Shown here piece after piece: positions 7,909 through 16,583 of a stretch of 32,000 nucleotides of DNA (the first letter of the stretch is position 1; every line of letters begins with the position of its first letter). The notes under the pieces were generated by a model. The model ran no database searches and was not told the DNA's origin. It saw only the letters and a program-made list of their open reading frames with translations. The position numbers were made by a program, and so were the translations under genes. The stretch is taken from positions 2,010,001 to 2,042,000 of the forward strand of contig OY759724.1 in assembly GCA_963662715.1 (NCBI GenBank). The letters are read 5' to 3'. The stretch is from Candidatus Omnitrophota bacterium. GTDB lineage: Bacteria > Omnitrophota > Gorgyraeia > Zapsychrales > JANLHA01.

Positions 7909-10900
7909 ATGTTGAATGCTATGAATAAAGATACGATACATCCTGTAGAAGCGTTGCTTAAGGACAGAATTCTGATCCTCGATGGAGCCATGGGCACCAT
8001 GGTTCAGGAATACAACCTGGATGAAGAGGCTGTCCGGGGCGAACTTTTTGCCGATCATCCTGTTGACCTCAGGAGAAATAATGATGTGCTGTCTCTCACG
8101 CAGCCCCAGATTATTGAGGATATTCATCTGAAATATTTTTCTTCTGGAGCGGATATTATTGAAACCAATACTTTTAATGCCAATGCCATAAGTCTGGCGG
8201 ATTATCAGTTGGCGGACCGGGCCTATGAACTGAACGTGGCCTCCGCCCGAATCGCCCGAAAGGCCGCTGATGCCGTTAGGCAGCAGGATCCGGAGCGCCC
8301 CTGTTTTGTTGCCGGATCCATCGGCCCGACCAACCGGACAGCATCCATGTCCCCTGACGTCAATGATCCCAGTTATCGTGCGGTGACATTTGATCAGCTG
8401 GTGGCCGCGTATTCCCAGCAGATTCAGGGCCTGTTAGACGGGGGGGTTGATTTTCTTTTGATCGAGACGATTTTCGACACATTGAATTGTAAGGCGGCTC
8501 TTTATGCCGCTGAGTGTGTTTTTGAGAGAAATCAGCGGCGGCTTCCTTTGATGATTTCGGGCACGATCACAGATGAAAGCGGCCGGACATTATCCGGACA
8601 AACCGTGGAGGCTTTCTGGATCTCGATCATGCACGCCCGGCCGTTCTCTGTCGGGTTGAACTGCGCTTTAGGGGCGGATAAATTACGTCCTTATATCGCG
8701 CAATTGTCCCGAATCGCTCCGTGTTACATCAGCTGTTATCCTAATGCCGGCCTGCCGGACGGCTTCGGCGGCTTTGACCAGACTCCTGAGCAAATGGCAA
8801 AGTTTCTGGCTGAGTTTGCCCGGGAAGGTCTTCTAAACATCGTCGGCGGATGCTGCGGAACAACTCCGGAGTTTATCCGGAAGATCCGGGATGCGGTCAA
8901 ACCTTTTAAGCCGCGCATGATTCCTTCTGTCCCCGTACAGTCTTCTTTCAGCGGGCTGGAACCCCTCATGGTCCGGCCCGACAGTAATTTTATCAATGTC
9001 GGGGAGCGGACGAACGTCGCCGGTTCAAAGAAATTTGCTAATTTGATAAAGGAAGAAAAATACGAAGAGGCTTTGTCCGTGGCGCGCCAGCAGGTTGAAG
9101 CCGGAGCCCAGGTTATCGATGTGAGTATGGACGAGGCGATGTTGGATTCAGAAAAGGCCATGGTGACCTTTCTCAATCTTGTGGCTGTTGAGCCGGACAT
9201 CGCCCGTGTACCGGTGATGATTGATTCATCCCGCTGGCCGGTTATTGAAGCCGGGCTGAAATGTGTTCAAGGCAAGTCGATCGTCAACTCTATTTCTTTG
9301 AAAGAGGGCGAGGGCCCTTTTAAGAAACAGGCTGTTGAATTGAAGAGGTTCGGGGCTGCTGTTGTGGTTATGGCTTTTGATGAACAGGGACAGGCGGATA
9401 CGAAAGAGCGCAAAATTGAAATCTGCAGGAGAGCTTATAAAATTTTAACGGAAGAGGTCGGCTTCCCTCCTCAGGATATCATTTTTGACCCGAATATCTT
9501 CGCGGTTGCCACCGGGATTGAAGAGCATAGCCGTTATGCCGTCGATTTTATTGAGGCCACACGGACGATCAAGCAAACCTTGCCGCATTGTTTAATCTCC
9601 GGAGGAGTCAGTAATATATCTTTTTCTTTCCGGGGCAATAATGCCGTCCGGGAAGCCATGCATTCGGTCTTTCTTTATCATGCCATTCAGGCCGGTATGG
9701 ACATGGGAATCGTCAATGCCGGGATGATCGCCGTTTATGACGATATCCCTAAGAATCTGCTTGAACGGGTGGAAGACGTTCTTTTTAATAAACGTACGGA
9801 TGCCACGGAACGCCTGATCGCGTATGCGGAACAGGTGAAGCAGCAGGGGCCGAAATCGGCGCAGGGGGACCTTTCCTGGAGAACCCTGCCGGTCGAAGAG
9901 CGGCTGGCTCATGCTCTGGTCAAAGGGATTGTTGAATATATCGAAGAAGATACGGAAGAGGCGCGGCAGCAGACCCGGCGTCCGCTTGATGTGATTGAAG
10001 GGCCGCTTATGAAAGGAATGAGTGTCGTGGGCGATTTGTTCGGTTCCGGGAAAATGTTCCTTCCGCAGGTTGTCAAAAGTGCCCGGGTGATGAAAAAATC
10101 CGTTGCCTATCTTACCCCTTATATTGAAAAAGAGAAAGACAGCGGGCTTGTTCATAAGCTGGGGAAGATTCTTTTTGCGACGGTTAAAGGGGATGTCCAT
10201 GATATCGGGAAGAATATTGTCGGCGTTGTTCTGGCCTGTAATCATTTTGAAGTCCTTGACTGCGGGGTTATGGTCCCGTATGAAAAGATCATTGAGACAG
10301 CTCTGAAGGAACAGGTTGATATGATAGGCTTAAGCGGTTTAATCACCCCGTCTCTCGATGAGATGGTGCATGTCGCCGAAGAAATGGAGAGGGCCGGCCT
10401 GTCCGTCCCGCTTCTCATCGGCGGGGCCACCACGTCTATTCAGCATACGGCGGTTAAAATCGCGCCTTGCTACAGCGGTCCGGTTGTGCATATTAAAGAT
10501 GCGTCCCGCTGCGTTCAGATCAGCCGGCAGCTTCTGAACCCCCGGCAGAGACAAGAGATTGTTAAAGACCTGCAGGCGGAATATCAGCGAGTCCGGGATG
10601 AGTTTTATCAGCGGAGGAGCGAGAGCCGGTTCCTCTCTTTATCCGAGGCCCAGGACAAAGGATTGAAGACAGACTGGACGCAGCTGCAGATTAAAAAGCC
10701 GTCGTTCCTGGGGACACGTGTTTTTTCTGATTTTGATTTAACGGATATCCGTTCCAGGATTGACTGGTCGCCTTTTTTTATGGCCTGGGAGCTGAAGGGC
10801 CATTTCCCCCGTATCCTCGACGACCCCCAGCAGGGGGAAGAAGCCCGCAGGCTTTATGAAGATGCCCAGGCCCTGCTGGATGACATGATCCGGAATCATC

Positions 10901-11613
10901 AGCTGACGGCCCGCGGTATTATCGGTTTTTTTCCGGCCAACAGCGTAGGACATGATATTGAAGTCTATGCGGATGATCACCGCAGCAAAGTTTTAACCGT
11001 TTTTCATACTCTGCGGCAGCAGGCCGTAAAATTTGATAAACGGCCGTATTATGCTCTGGCCGATTTTATAGCGCCTAAGGAAAGCGGCCGGAAAGATTAC
11101 CTGGGCGGATTTGCTGTGAGCGCCGGTTTTGGCGCTTCAGAGCTTGCCCGGAAATACGAACAGGAAAACGATCACTACCGCAGTATTCTCGTTAAGGCTT
11201 TGGCGGACCGTTTGGCAGAGGCTTTTGCCGAGCGCATGCACGAGCTGGTCAGGAAAGAATACTGGGGCTACGCCGCCGGGGAGAAATTATCCAATGAAGA
11301 GATGATTCAATGCAAATATCAGGGGATCAGGCCGGCCCCGGGTTATCCGGCCTGTCCGGATCATAGCGAGAAGCCATTATTATTCCGCCTGCTTGATGTG
11401 GAAGCCCAGACGGGAATACAGCTCACGGAAAATTTTGCGATGATCCCGGCGTCATCGGTATGCGGTTTTTATTTCTCCCACCCCGAATCCAAATATTTCT
11501 GGTTGGGAAAAATTGTCGCAGACCAGGTTGAAGATCTTGCTGCGAGAAAAAACATGCCTTTAAAAGAACTGGAAAAATGGCTGGGGCCTAACTTGGGATA
11601 TGATCCGTCATAA
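7909..11613 (+). CDS. metH: Cobalamin-dependent methionine synthase, full length (Hcy-binding, pterin-binding, B12-binding and AdoMet-activation domains)
   Basis: Motifs seen: [22 protein letters not shown], the B12 motif [11 protein letters not shown] and the C-terminal reactivation domain [12 protein letters not shown]. The tracked ORF starts at TTG 7885. ATG 7909 or ATG 7921 are more plausible starts. Confidence 0.93.
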   Translation: MLNAMNKDTIHPVEALLKDRILILDGAMGTMVQEYNLDEEAVRGELFADHPVDLRRNNDVLSLTQPQIIEDIHLKYFSSGADIIETNTFNANAISLADYQLADRAYELNVASARIARKAADAVRQQDPERPCFVAGSIGPTNRTASMSPDVNDPSYRAVTFDQLVAAYSQQIQGLLDGGVDFLLIETIFDTLNCKAALYAAECVFERNQRRLPLMISGTITDESGRTLSGQTVEAFWISIMHARPFSVGLNCALGADKLRPYIAQLSRIAPCYISCYPNAGLPDGFGGFDQTPEQMAKFLAEFAREGLLNIVGGCCGTTPEFIRKIRDAVKPFKPRMIPSVPVQSSFSGLEPLMVRPDSNFINVGERTNVAGSKKFANLIKEEKYEEALSVARQQVEAGAQVIDVSMDEAMLDSEKAMVTFLNLVAVEPDIARVPVMIDSSRWPVIEAGLKCVQGKSIVNSISLKEGEGPFKKQAVELKRFGAAVVVMAFDEQGQADTKERKIEICRRAYKILTEEVGFPPQDIIFDPNIFAVATGIEEHSRYAVDFIEATRTIKQTLPHCLISGGVSNISFSFRGNNAVREAMHSVFLYHAIQAGMDMGIVNAGMIAVYDDIPKNLLERVEDVLFNKRTDATERLIAYAEQVKQQGPKSAQGDLSWRTLPVEERLAHALVKGIVEYIEEDTEEARQQTRRPLDVIEGPLMKGMSVVGDLFGSGKMFLPQVVKSARVMKKSVAYLTPYIEKEKDSGLVHKLGKILFATVKGDVHDIGKNIVGVVLACNHFEVLDCGVMVPYEKIIETALKEQVDMIGLSGLITPSLDEMVHVAEEMERAGLSVPLLIGGATTSIQHTAVKIAPCYSGPVVHIKDASRCVQISRQLLNPRQRQEIVKDLQAEYQRVRDEFYQRRSESRFLSLSEAQDKGLKTDWTQLQIKKPSFLGTRVFSDFDLTDIRSRIDWSPFFMAWELKGHFPRILDDPQQGEEARRLYEDAQALLDDMIRNHQLTARGIIGFFPANSVGHDIEVYADDHRSKVLTVFHTLRQQAVKFDKRPYYALADFIAPKESGRKDYLGGFAVSAGFGASELARKYEQENDHYRSILVKALADRLAEAFAERMHELVRKEYWGYAAGEKLSNEEMIQCKYQGIRPAPGYPACPDHSEKPLLFRLLDVEAQTGIQLTENFAMIPASSVCGFYFSHPESKYFWLGKIVADQVEDLAARKNMPLKELEKWLGPNLGYDPS

Positions 11614-11708
11614 CCCGGTTTTGTCTCATGTCCCCGGAACCCCGGCGGTCCTGTCCGGAAGACAAACCCCCGGAGTTGGGAAAGAAAACAGGGGACATGG
11701 GTGTTGGT

Positions 11709-11740
11709 GTCCGGTCTTGCCGGACAAACGCTTTCTTGAT
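11709..11740 (+). terminator. Weak candidate terminator hairpin after metH
   Basis: GTCCGG-TCTTG-CCGGAC (11709-11725) is followed by AAACGCTTTCTTG. The stem is short and the U-tract is poor. Confidence 0.25.
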
Positions 11741-11747
11741 CAACGGG

Positions 11748-11775
11748 TTGCAAGGTAAAAGAGTCTTGCATAATT
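11748..11775 (+). promoter_or_regulatory. Candidate promoter for the receiver/Mla operon
   Basis: TTGCAA (11748-11753) is followed by CATAAT or ATAATT at a 15-16 nt spacing. It is embedded in the near-inverted repeat TGCAAG...CTTGCA. Confidence 0.3.
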
Positions 11776-11825
11776 CCTCATTTTGTCTTGTCTTCGTCCT
11801 CTGAAATAGTTAAAATTAATCTACT

Positions 11826-12215
11826 ATGAGTGCGGAAATTCATAAAAGAAAAATTCTTATCATTGATGACGATCTGGGTGTTTTACGTCTTGTCGAAACA
11901 TTGCTGGGAGCCCATGGTTATGCGGTCTCATCGACCAATGATGCCGCACAGGGTTTAGAAATGGCGATAAAAACACCTCCGGATCTCATTGTTCTGGATG
12001 TGATGATGCCGATCATTAACGGTTTTAATATTTGCCGTCTGCTGAAATCCCAGGAAGAAGCCAAGGAGATCCCGGTCGTTCTTCTGACATCAAGGTCCGC
12101 GGATGAAGATTTTGCGATAGGGCAGGAAGTCGGGGCTAATGCCTATCTTTCCAAACCCATTGATACGAGTGTATTCCTTAATAAAGTGAAGGAACTGCTG
12201 TCCGTCTCAAAATGA
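11826..12215 (+). CDS. Single-domain response regulator (CheY-like receiver, no output domain)
   Basis: The acidic pocket is IIDDD, the phospho-acceptor context is DLIVLDVMMP, and the conserved T/S (LLTS) and K (YLSKP) are present. The protein is 129 aa. Confidence 0.85.
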   Translation: MSAEIHKRKILIIDDDLGVLRLVETLLGAHGYAVSSTNDAAQGLEMAIKTPPDLIVLDVMMPIINGFNICRLLKSQEEAKEIPVVLLTSRSADEDFAIGQEVGANAYLSKPIDTSVFLNKVKELLSVSK

Positions 12216-12286
12216 CAAATCCGTTTCGGTGTTTTTCAAAATGTCTCGTCATTCATCCTGAATTATAAGAAAGCCAGCAGAGAATT

Positions 12287-13084
12287 ATGGATAATTTTTT
12301 TGCAAAATTAGGCCGTCCGATCATGGAATGGATCAATGTCCTCAAGGGTTTTATGCATTTGAGTCTGCAGACTTTTTACTGGATCATCTTCGGCCCTTTT
12401 CAGGACAAGCCCGTGAAGCGTCAGACAGCGTTCGAGCAAATGGTTTTTATGGGCATTCAGTCCATTCTTATCGTTTTTTTCGTGATGTTTTTTACCGGCG
12501 TCGTTCTGGCCATGCAGTCGGCGTATCAATTATCGAAACTCGGCGGGACAATTTACGTCGCGAGTTTAACCTCGGTCTCCATCTGCCGGGAACTGGGACC
12601 CGTTTTGACCGCGTTAGTCGTTGCCGGCCGCATCGGGGCAGCCATCACAGCCGAAATCGGTTCGATGCAGGTCAATGAACAAATAGAAGCCCTGGAAACG
12701 ATGGCGATTAATCCGATCCGCTTCCTCGTCGCGCCAAAACTTGTGTCCCTGTTCGTCATGCTGCCCTGCCTGACGATCTTGGGCAACCTTTCCGGGATTT
12801 TAGGAGGATATGTGATCGGTGTTTATAACCTGGGGATTAACGCGCACCTTTATGTGCAGACGACTTTTAAATATTTAACCTTGAAAGATATTTATACGGG
12901 TCTTTCAAAATCCTTCGTTTTTGCCATTATCATCGTTTTGGTCGGCGCCTATCAGGGGCTAAAAACCAAGGGCGGCGCCGTTGGCGTGGGGAAGCATACG
13001 ACCATCAGTGTCGTAACGAGTTTTATTCTGATCATTGTGGCGGATTGTATTGTGACCGGGATTTATTATTTTCATAATATGTGA
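12287..13084 (+). CDS. mlaE: MlaE-family ABC transporter permease
   Basis: The protein is multi-TM and carries the MlaE-type motifs CRELGPVLTALVVAGRIGAAITAEIGSMQVNEQIEALETMAINP. Confidence 0.85.
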   Translation: MDNFFAKLGRPIMEWINVLKGFMHLSLQTFYWIIFGPFQDKPVKRQTAFEQMVFMGIQSILIVFFVMFFTGVVLAMQSAYQLSKLGGTIYVASLTSVSICRELGPVLTALVVAGRIGAAITAEIGSMQVNEQIEALETMAINPIRFLVAPKLVSLFVMLPCLTILGNLSGILGGYVIGVYNLGINAHLYVQTTFKYLTLKDIYTGLSKSFVFAIIIVLVGAYQGLKTKGGAVGVGKHTTISVVTSFILIIVADCIVTGIYYFHNM

Positions 13085-13153
13085 TGTGCGCAAGATACGG
13101 GATTCCGGCAGGGGGTATTGGAAACAGGACTTAAAAAAGAGAAAGGTTTTTCC

Positions 13154-13951
13154 ATGACAGACAGGCCGATCGCGATATCTGTACAGAATCTGGTTAAGAC
13201 TTTTGACGGACGGACGGTCTTAGAAAATATTAACCTGGATGTTTATCAGGGGGAAACTTTTGTCATTATGGGCGGATCGGGATGCGGAAAGAGCACGCTC
13301 CTGCGGCATATGACAGGAGCCATTCAGCCGGACTCAGGGAAGGTTTTTTTTCACGGCAAGGAAGTGACTTCGATGACGGAGCAGGATAAGGAGAGAATTA
13401 AGCGACGTTTCGGAATGAGTTTCCAATCAGCGGCTTTGATCGATTATATGACTGTCGCGGAGAATGTCAGCCTGCCTCTTCTCGAACATACGAAACTGGA
13501 TCCCAGAATTATCAATATCATTGTAAGAATGAAGCTGAGCCTTGTCGGAATGCAGGGGTTTGAGCACTTGATGCCGAGCATGTTGTCGGGGGGGATGAAA
13601 AAACGCGTGGGGTTAGCCAGGGCGATTGCGATGGATCCGGAAGTTGTTTTCTACGATGAGCCCACAGCCGGCCTGGACCCGATTGTTTCCGCTGTGGTCG
13701 ATAAGCTGATTTTGGATTTGAACAAAAAGTTGCTTTTGACATCGGTCGTTGTCACGCATAATATGGAAAGCGTATTCAGGATTGCCGATCGTGTCGTCAT
13801 GCTGCATAACGGACATGTTTTACAGATCGGTACTCCGGAAGAAATCCGAAGCTCGGGTAATGCCATCGTTCAGCAGTTTATCCGGGGTGATATCAACGGT
13901 CCTATTAATATTATGGACCAGAATTCCCTGGAATCTTTGCCTCAGGCATGA
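13154..13951 (+). CDS. mlaF: MlaF-family ABC transporter ATP-binding protein
   Basis: Walker A is GGSGCGKST, the signature is LSGGMKKRVGLARA and Walker B is VVFYDEPTAGLD. The track start is TTG 13118. ATG 13154 has an AGAGAAAGG Shine-Dalgarno region and gives MTDRPIAISV. Confidence 0.85.
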   Translation: MTDRPIAISVQNLVKTFDGRTVLENINLDVYQGETFVIMGGSGCGKSTLLRHMTGAIQPDSGKVFFHGKEVTSMTEQDKERIKRRFGMSFQSAALIDYMTVAENVSLPLLEHTKLDPRIINIIVRMKLSLVGMQGFEHLMPSMLSGGMKKRVGLARAIAMDPEVVFYDEPTAGLDPIVSAVVDKLILDLNKKLLLTSVVVTHNMESVFRIADRVVMLHNGHVLQIGTPEEIRSSGNAIVQQFIRGDINGPINIMDQNSLESLPQA

Positions 13952-13983
13952 CAGGAGACTCGGGCCATTAAAAGGGGAATATC

Positions 13984-14694
13984 ATGACAATAAATAATGA
14001 AACAAAAGTGGGGATTTTAATCGTCATTGCGCTGGCCATCCTCGGGTACATAACGGTTAACGTCGGAGATTTCCATATCACGGAAAAAGGGTATGAACTT
14101 AAAGTCCATTTCATGAATATTGACGGCATTGACTTAAACTCCCCGGTCACGCTCAACGGATTGGAAATCGGCCGGGTGAAGGATATCCGCATCATTTACG
14201 GCGAAAAGCCCAAGGTGGAATTGACGTTATGGATTAAAGATGAAATTAAGGTTCTCCGGGGAGTTCAGGCGCATGTTAAAAACTTGGGTTTTATGGGAGA
14301 AAAGTATGTCGGGTTGACCATGACGGAAGAAAGCCAGGGGTACTTGTCTCCCGGGGAAGTTGTCGCGGGGATAGAGCCGACCAGCTTTGAGAATTTGCTG
14401 AAACAGGGAGAAGTTATTGCTACCAATATTAAAGAAATATCCGGAAACATTAACGAAAGGCTAAAGGTCAATTCCCAGGCCATTGACGACGTTATTTCGG
14501 ATATGCGTTCAACGATGAAAAATGTGAATGCCATATCAGAAAATATTAACGAGCGCTTTGCGGTTAATGAACACTTGGTTGACGAAATGATGCTGCATGC
14601 CAATAAGACAACCCAGAACCTGGAAGAGCTCAGTTATGATTTGAAAGAAAATCCGTGGAAGTTGCTGTATAAATCTAAAAAGGAAAAAGAATAG
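13984..14694 (+). CDS. mlaD: MlaD/MCE-domain protein
   Basis: It has an N-terminal TM helix, an MCE domain (SPVTLNGLEIGRVKDI) and a C-terminal helical region. GGGGAA lies upstream of the ATG. Confidence 0.8.
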   Translation: MTINNETKVGILIVIALAILGYITVNVGDFHITEKGYELKVHFMNIDGIDLNSPVTLNGLEIGRVKDIRIIYGEKPKVELTLWIKDEIKVLRGVQAHVKNLGFMGEKYVGLTMTEESQGYLSPGEVVAGIEPTSFENLLKQGEVIATNIKEISGNINERLKVNSQAIDDVISDMRSTMKNVNAISENINERFAVNEHLVDEMMLHANKTTQNLEELSYDLKENPWKLLYKSKKEKE

Positions 14695-14721
14695 TCAGGG
14701 TATTGATGCAAGGGAATTGTT

Positions 14722-14898
14722 ATGGAGTATAAATGTCCGGTTTGCGGTAAGAATTTGAAGGAAGATTTGCCTGAGTATATGGATCATACAGAAAAACATA
14801 TCATTGATGTCATTAAAGAAAAACATCCGGAATGGGTCGAAAAGGACGGGCTGTGTCATAAATGCCTGGAGTATTATAAAAAAGAGATGTCGGGATAA
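14722..14898 (+). CDS. Small zinc-ribbon protein (58 aa; below the ORF-track cutoff)
   Basis: The translation is MEYKCPVCGKNLKEDLPEYMDHTEKHIIDVIKEKHPEWVEKDGLCHKCLEYYKKEMSG. It has two CxxC pairs, AGGGAA upstream, and the same strand as its neighbours. The tracked 73-aa ORF on the opposite strand looks like an F-rich shadow. Confidence 0.55.
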   Translation: MEYKCPVCGKNLKEDLPEYMDHTEKHIIDVIKEKHPEWVEKDGLCHKCLEYYKKEMSG

Positions 14899-14943
14899 AA
14901 TATTTATAAAGGACAACGATACACAAGAGAGGGTTGTAAGACA

Positions 14944-15729
14944 ATGAAAGCCTTTAAATTTTTATTATTTTTGTTGATATTCATGATCGTTGCAGTTATT
15001 TTTACGAAAAATTTTGTCGTTAAAGCAGGTATTGAACAAGGCGTTAAAATTGTTACCGGTCTGCCGTTGAAGATTCATTATATGAATATCAATCTGAGGG
15101 AGTCGTCTGTCCATATCCAGGGATTCCAATTGTATAACCCTCCCGGATTTTTTGACCCGATCATGCTTGATGTCCCGGAGGTTTACGTGAATATTGATAT
15201 GCTCGCATTATTGAACAGGAAAATTCATGTTGAGGAGATTCGGTTCCATCTAAAGGAATTTGCCGTTATCACAAACAAAGACAAGGAATTGAACCTGAAT
15301 AAACTGAAAGCTTTGCAGCCGCCGGAAGACCGTTCTCCCGCGGAAGAATCAGCTCCTGCCGAGAAACAGGAGCTTCCTGATATCCAAATTGATTCCCTTC
15401 AGCTGAAAATCGACAAGGTTGTTTCTAAAGATTATTCCAGGGGGGATAAGCCCGTCATTAATGAATACACCGTTGGAATAGATGAGACAATTGAGAATAT
15501 TGATGACCCGTACCGTTTGGTCCAAATTATTGTCTTTAAAAGTTTAATAAAGACTCCGCTGGCGAATCTTCCGGCATTGAATATGGAGGAGCTGAAGTCA
15601 ATGGTAGGAGACACCATCGATACGGCGAAAGGCCTTGCACAGGATATCGTGGATTCGACAGGTGATGCCATCAAAGGCACCGTCAACGAGATTACGGATA
15701 TTATTCAATTGCCGTTCGGGTCGAAATGA
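14944..15729 (+). CDS. Membrane-anchored AsmA-like/DUF748-like hypothetical protein
   Basis: An N-terminal TM anchor (FKFLLFLLIFMIVAVIF) is followed by an AsmA-N-like pattern (GLPLKIHYMNINLRESSVHIQGFQLYNPPGF...HVEEIRFHLKEFAVITNKD). It lies directly downstream of the Mla genes. Confidence 0.5.
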   Translation: MKAFKFLLFLLIFMIVAVIFTKNFVVKAGIEQGVKIVTGLPLKIHYMNINLRESSVHIQGFQLYNPPGFFDPIMLDVPEVYVNIDMLALLNRKIHVEEIRFHLKEFAVITNKDKELNLNKLKALQPPEDRSPAEESAPAEKQELPDIQIDSLQLKIDKVVSKDYSRGDKPVINEYTVGIDETIENIDDPYRLVQIIVFKSLIKTPLANLPALNMEELKSMVGDTIDTAKGLAQDIVDSTGDAIKGTVNEITDIIQLPFGSK

Positions 15730-15813
15730 GTTCCGGACGAATTTTAAATTATTGTTAGGAAATATTACTTGGATTATTATTGTGCGGTGATGTCCCTTCG
15801 TTAGGATATATTT

Positions 15814-16488
15814 ATGCAATTACAGGGCAATTTTTTTGATTATTTTGTCGTGTTTTGGGCCGGAGTCGTGGTGAGCTTTACACCTTGTGTCTATCCTGTG
15901 ATCCCTTTGGTTGCCAGCGTTATCGCCGGGGTCAATACAAAAGGGACAAAACTGATGGGATTTGTTATCTCCCTTGTTTATGTGTCCGGGATGGCGGTGA
16001 CCTATTGCGGGCTGGCGGCCGTGGCGTCGTTAACAGGAAAAATTTTTGGCCAAATGCAGAATACGCCTTTTATTTTCCTGCTGGTCGGGAATGTCTTGTT
16101 ATTGTTTGCTTTGGTTATGCTGGATGTGATCCCCTGGCCGGTGTTTGGCATGAACTGGCAGAGCGGTGTTAAAACTAAAAGTCTCGGGTCGGTCTTGTTG
16201 CTGGGATGTGTTTCCGGGTTAGTCGTGGGCCCGTGTACGGCGCCGATTCTCGGCACAATCTTGCTTTATGTCGCTTCCAAGCAGAATCTGGCCCATGCCA
16301 TGAGTCTTTTATTCGTTTTCTCTTACGGTGTGGGGGCATCATTAATCATCGTTGGAACATTCAGCGGCATCCTCAGCCAGATGCCCAGGTCGGGGACGTG
16401 GCTCGTGAGAATCAAACAGCTTTGCGCTTTGGTTCTTGTCATTCTGGCAGAATATTATTTCGTAAAAGCCGGCCGGTTGATGCTTTGA
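15814..16488 (+). CDS. ccdA: Cytochrome c biogenesis CcdA / DsbD-core thiol:disulfide electron transporter
   Basis: Two TM-embedded cysteine motifs (FTPCVYPVIP and GPCTAPILG) are typical of the DsbD_2/CcdA family. About 6 TM helices are present. Confidence 0.8.
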   Translation: MQLQGNFFDYFVVFWAGVVVSFTPCVYPVIPLVASVIAGVNTKGTKLMGFVISLVYVSGMAVTYCGLAAVASLTGKIFGQMQNTPFIFLLVGNVLLLFALVMLDVIPWPVFGMNWQSGVKTKSLGSVLLLGCVSGLVVGPCTAPILGTILLYVASKQNLAHAMSLLFVFSYGVGASLIIVGTFSGILSQMPRSGTWLVRIKQLCALVLVILAEYYFVKAGRLML

Positions 16489-16583
16489 TTTTTTCTTCCT
16501 CCCGGGCTTTGCTCCTTTAGAATATGGTCGCGAATAAAAGACATGCTCCGTTCGAGGGGAAGACTCCGGACGCCTGAATTTTC

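Noticed and set aside
14695-14916. A tracked 73-aa ORF on the - strand between mlaD and the AsmA-like gene
   Set aside because: It is Phe/Ile-rich with no motifs and is oriented against the operon. It is the antisense shadow of a Lys/Glu-rich + strand zinc-ribbon ORF that has a better start context.
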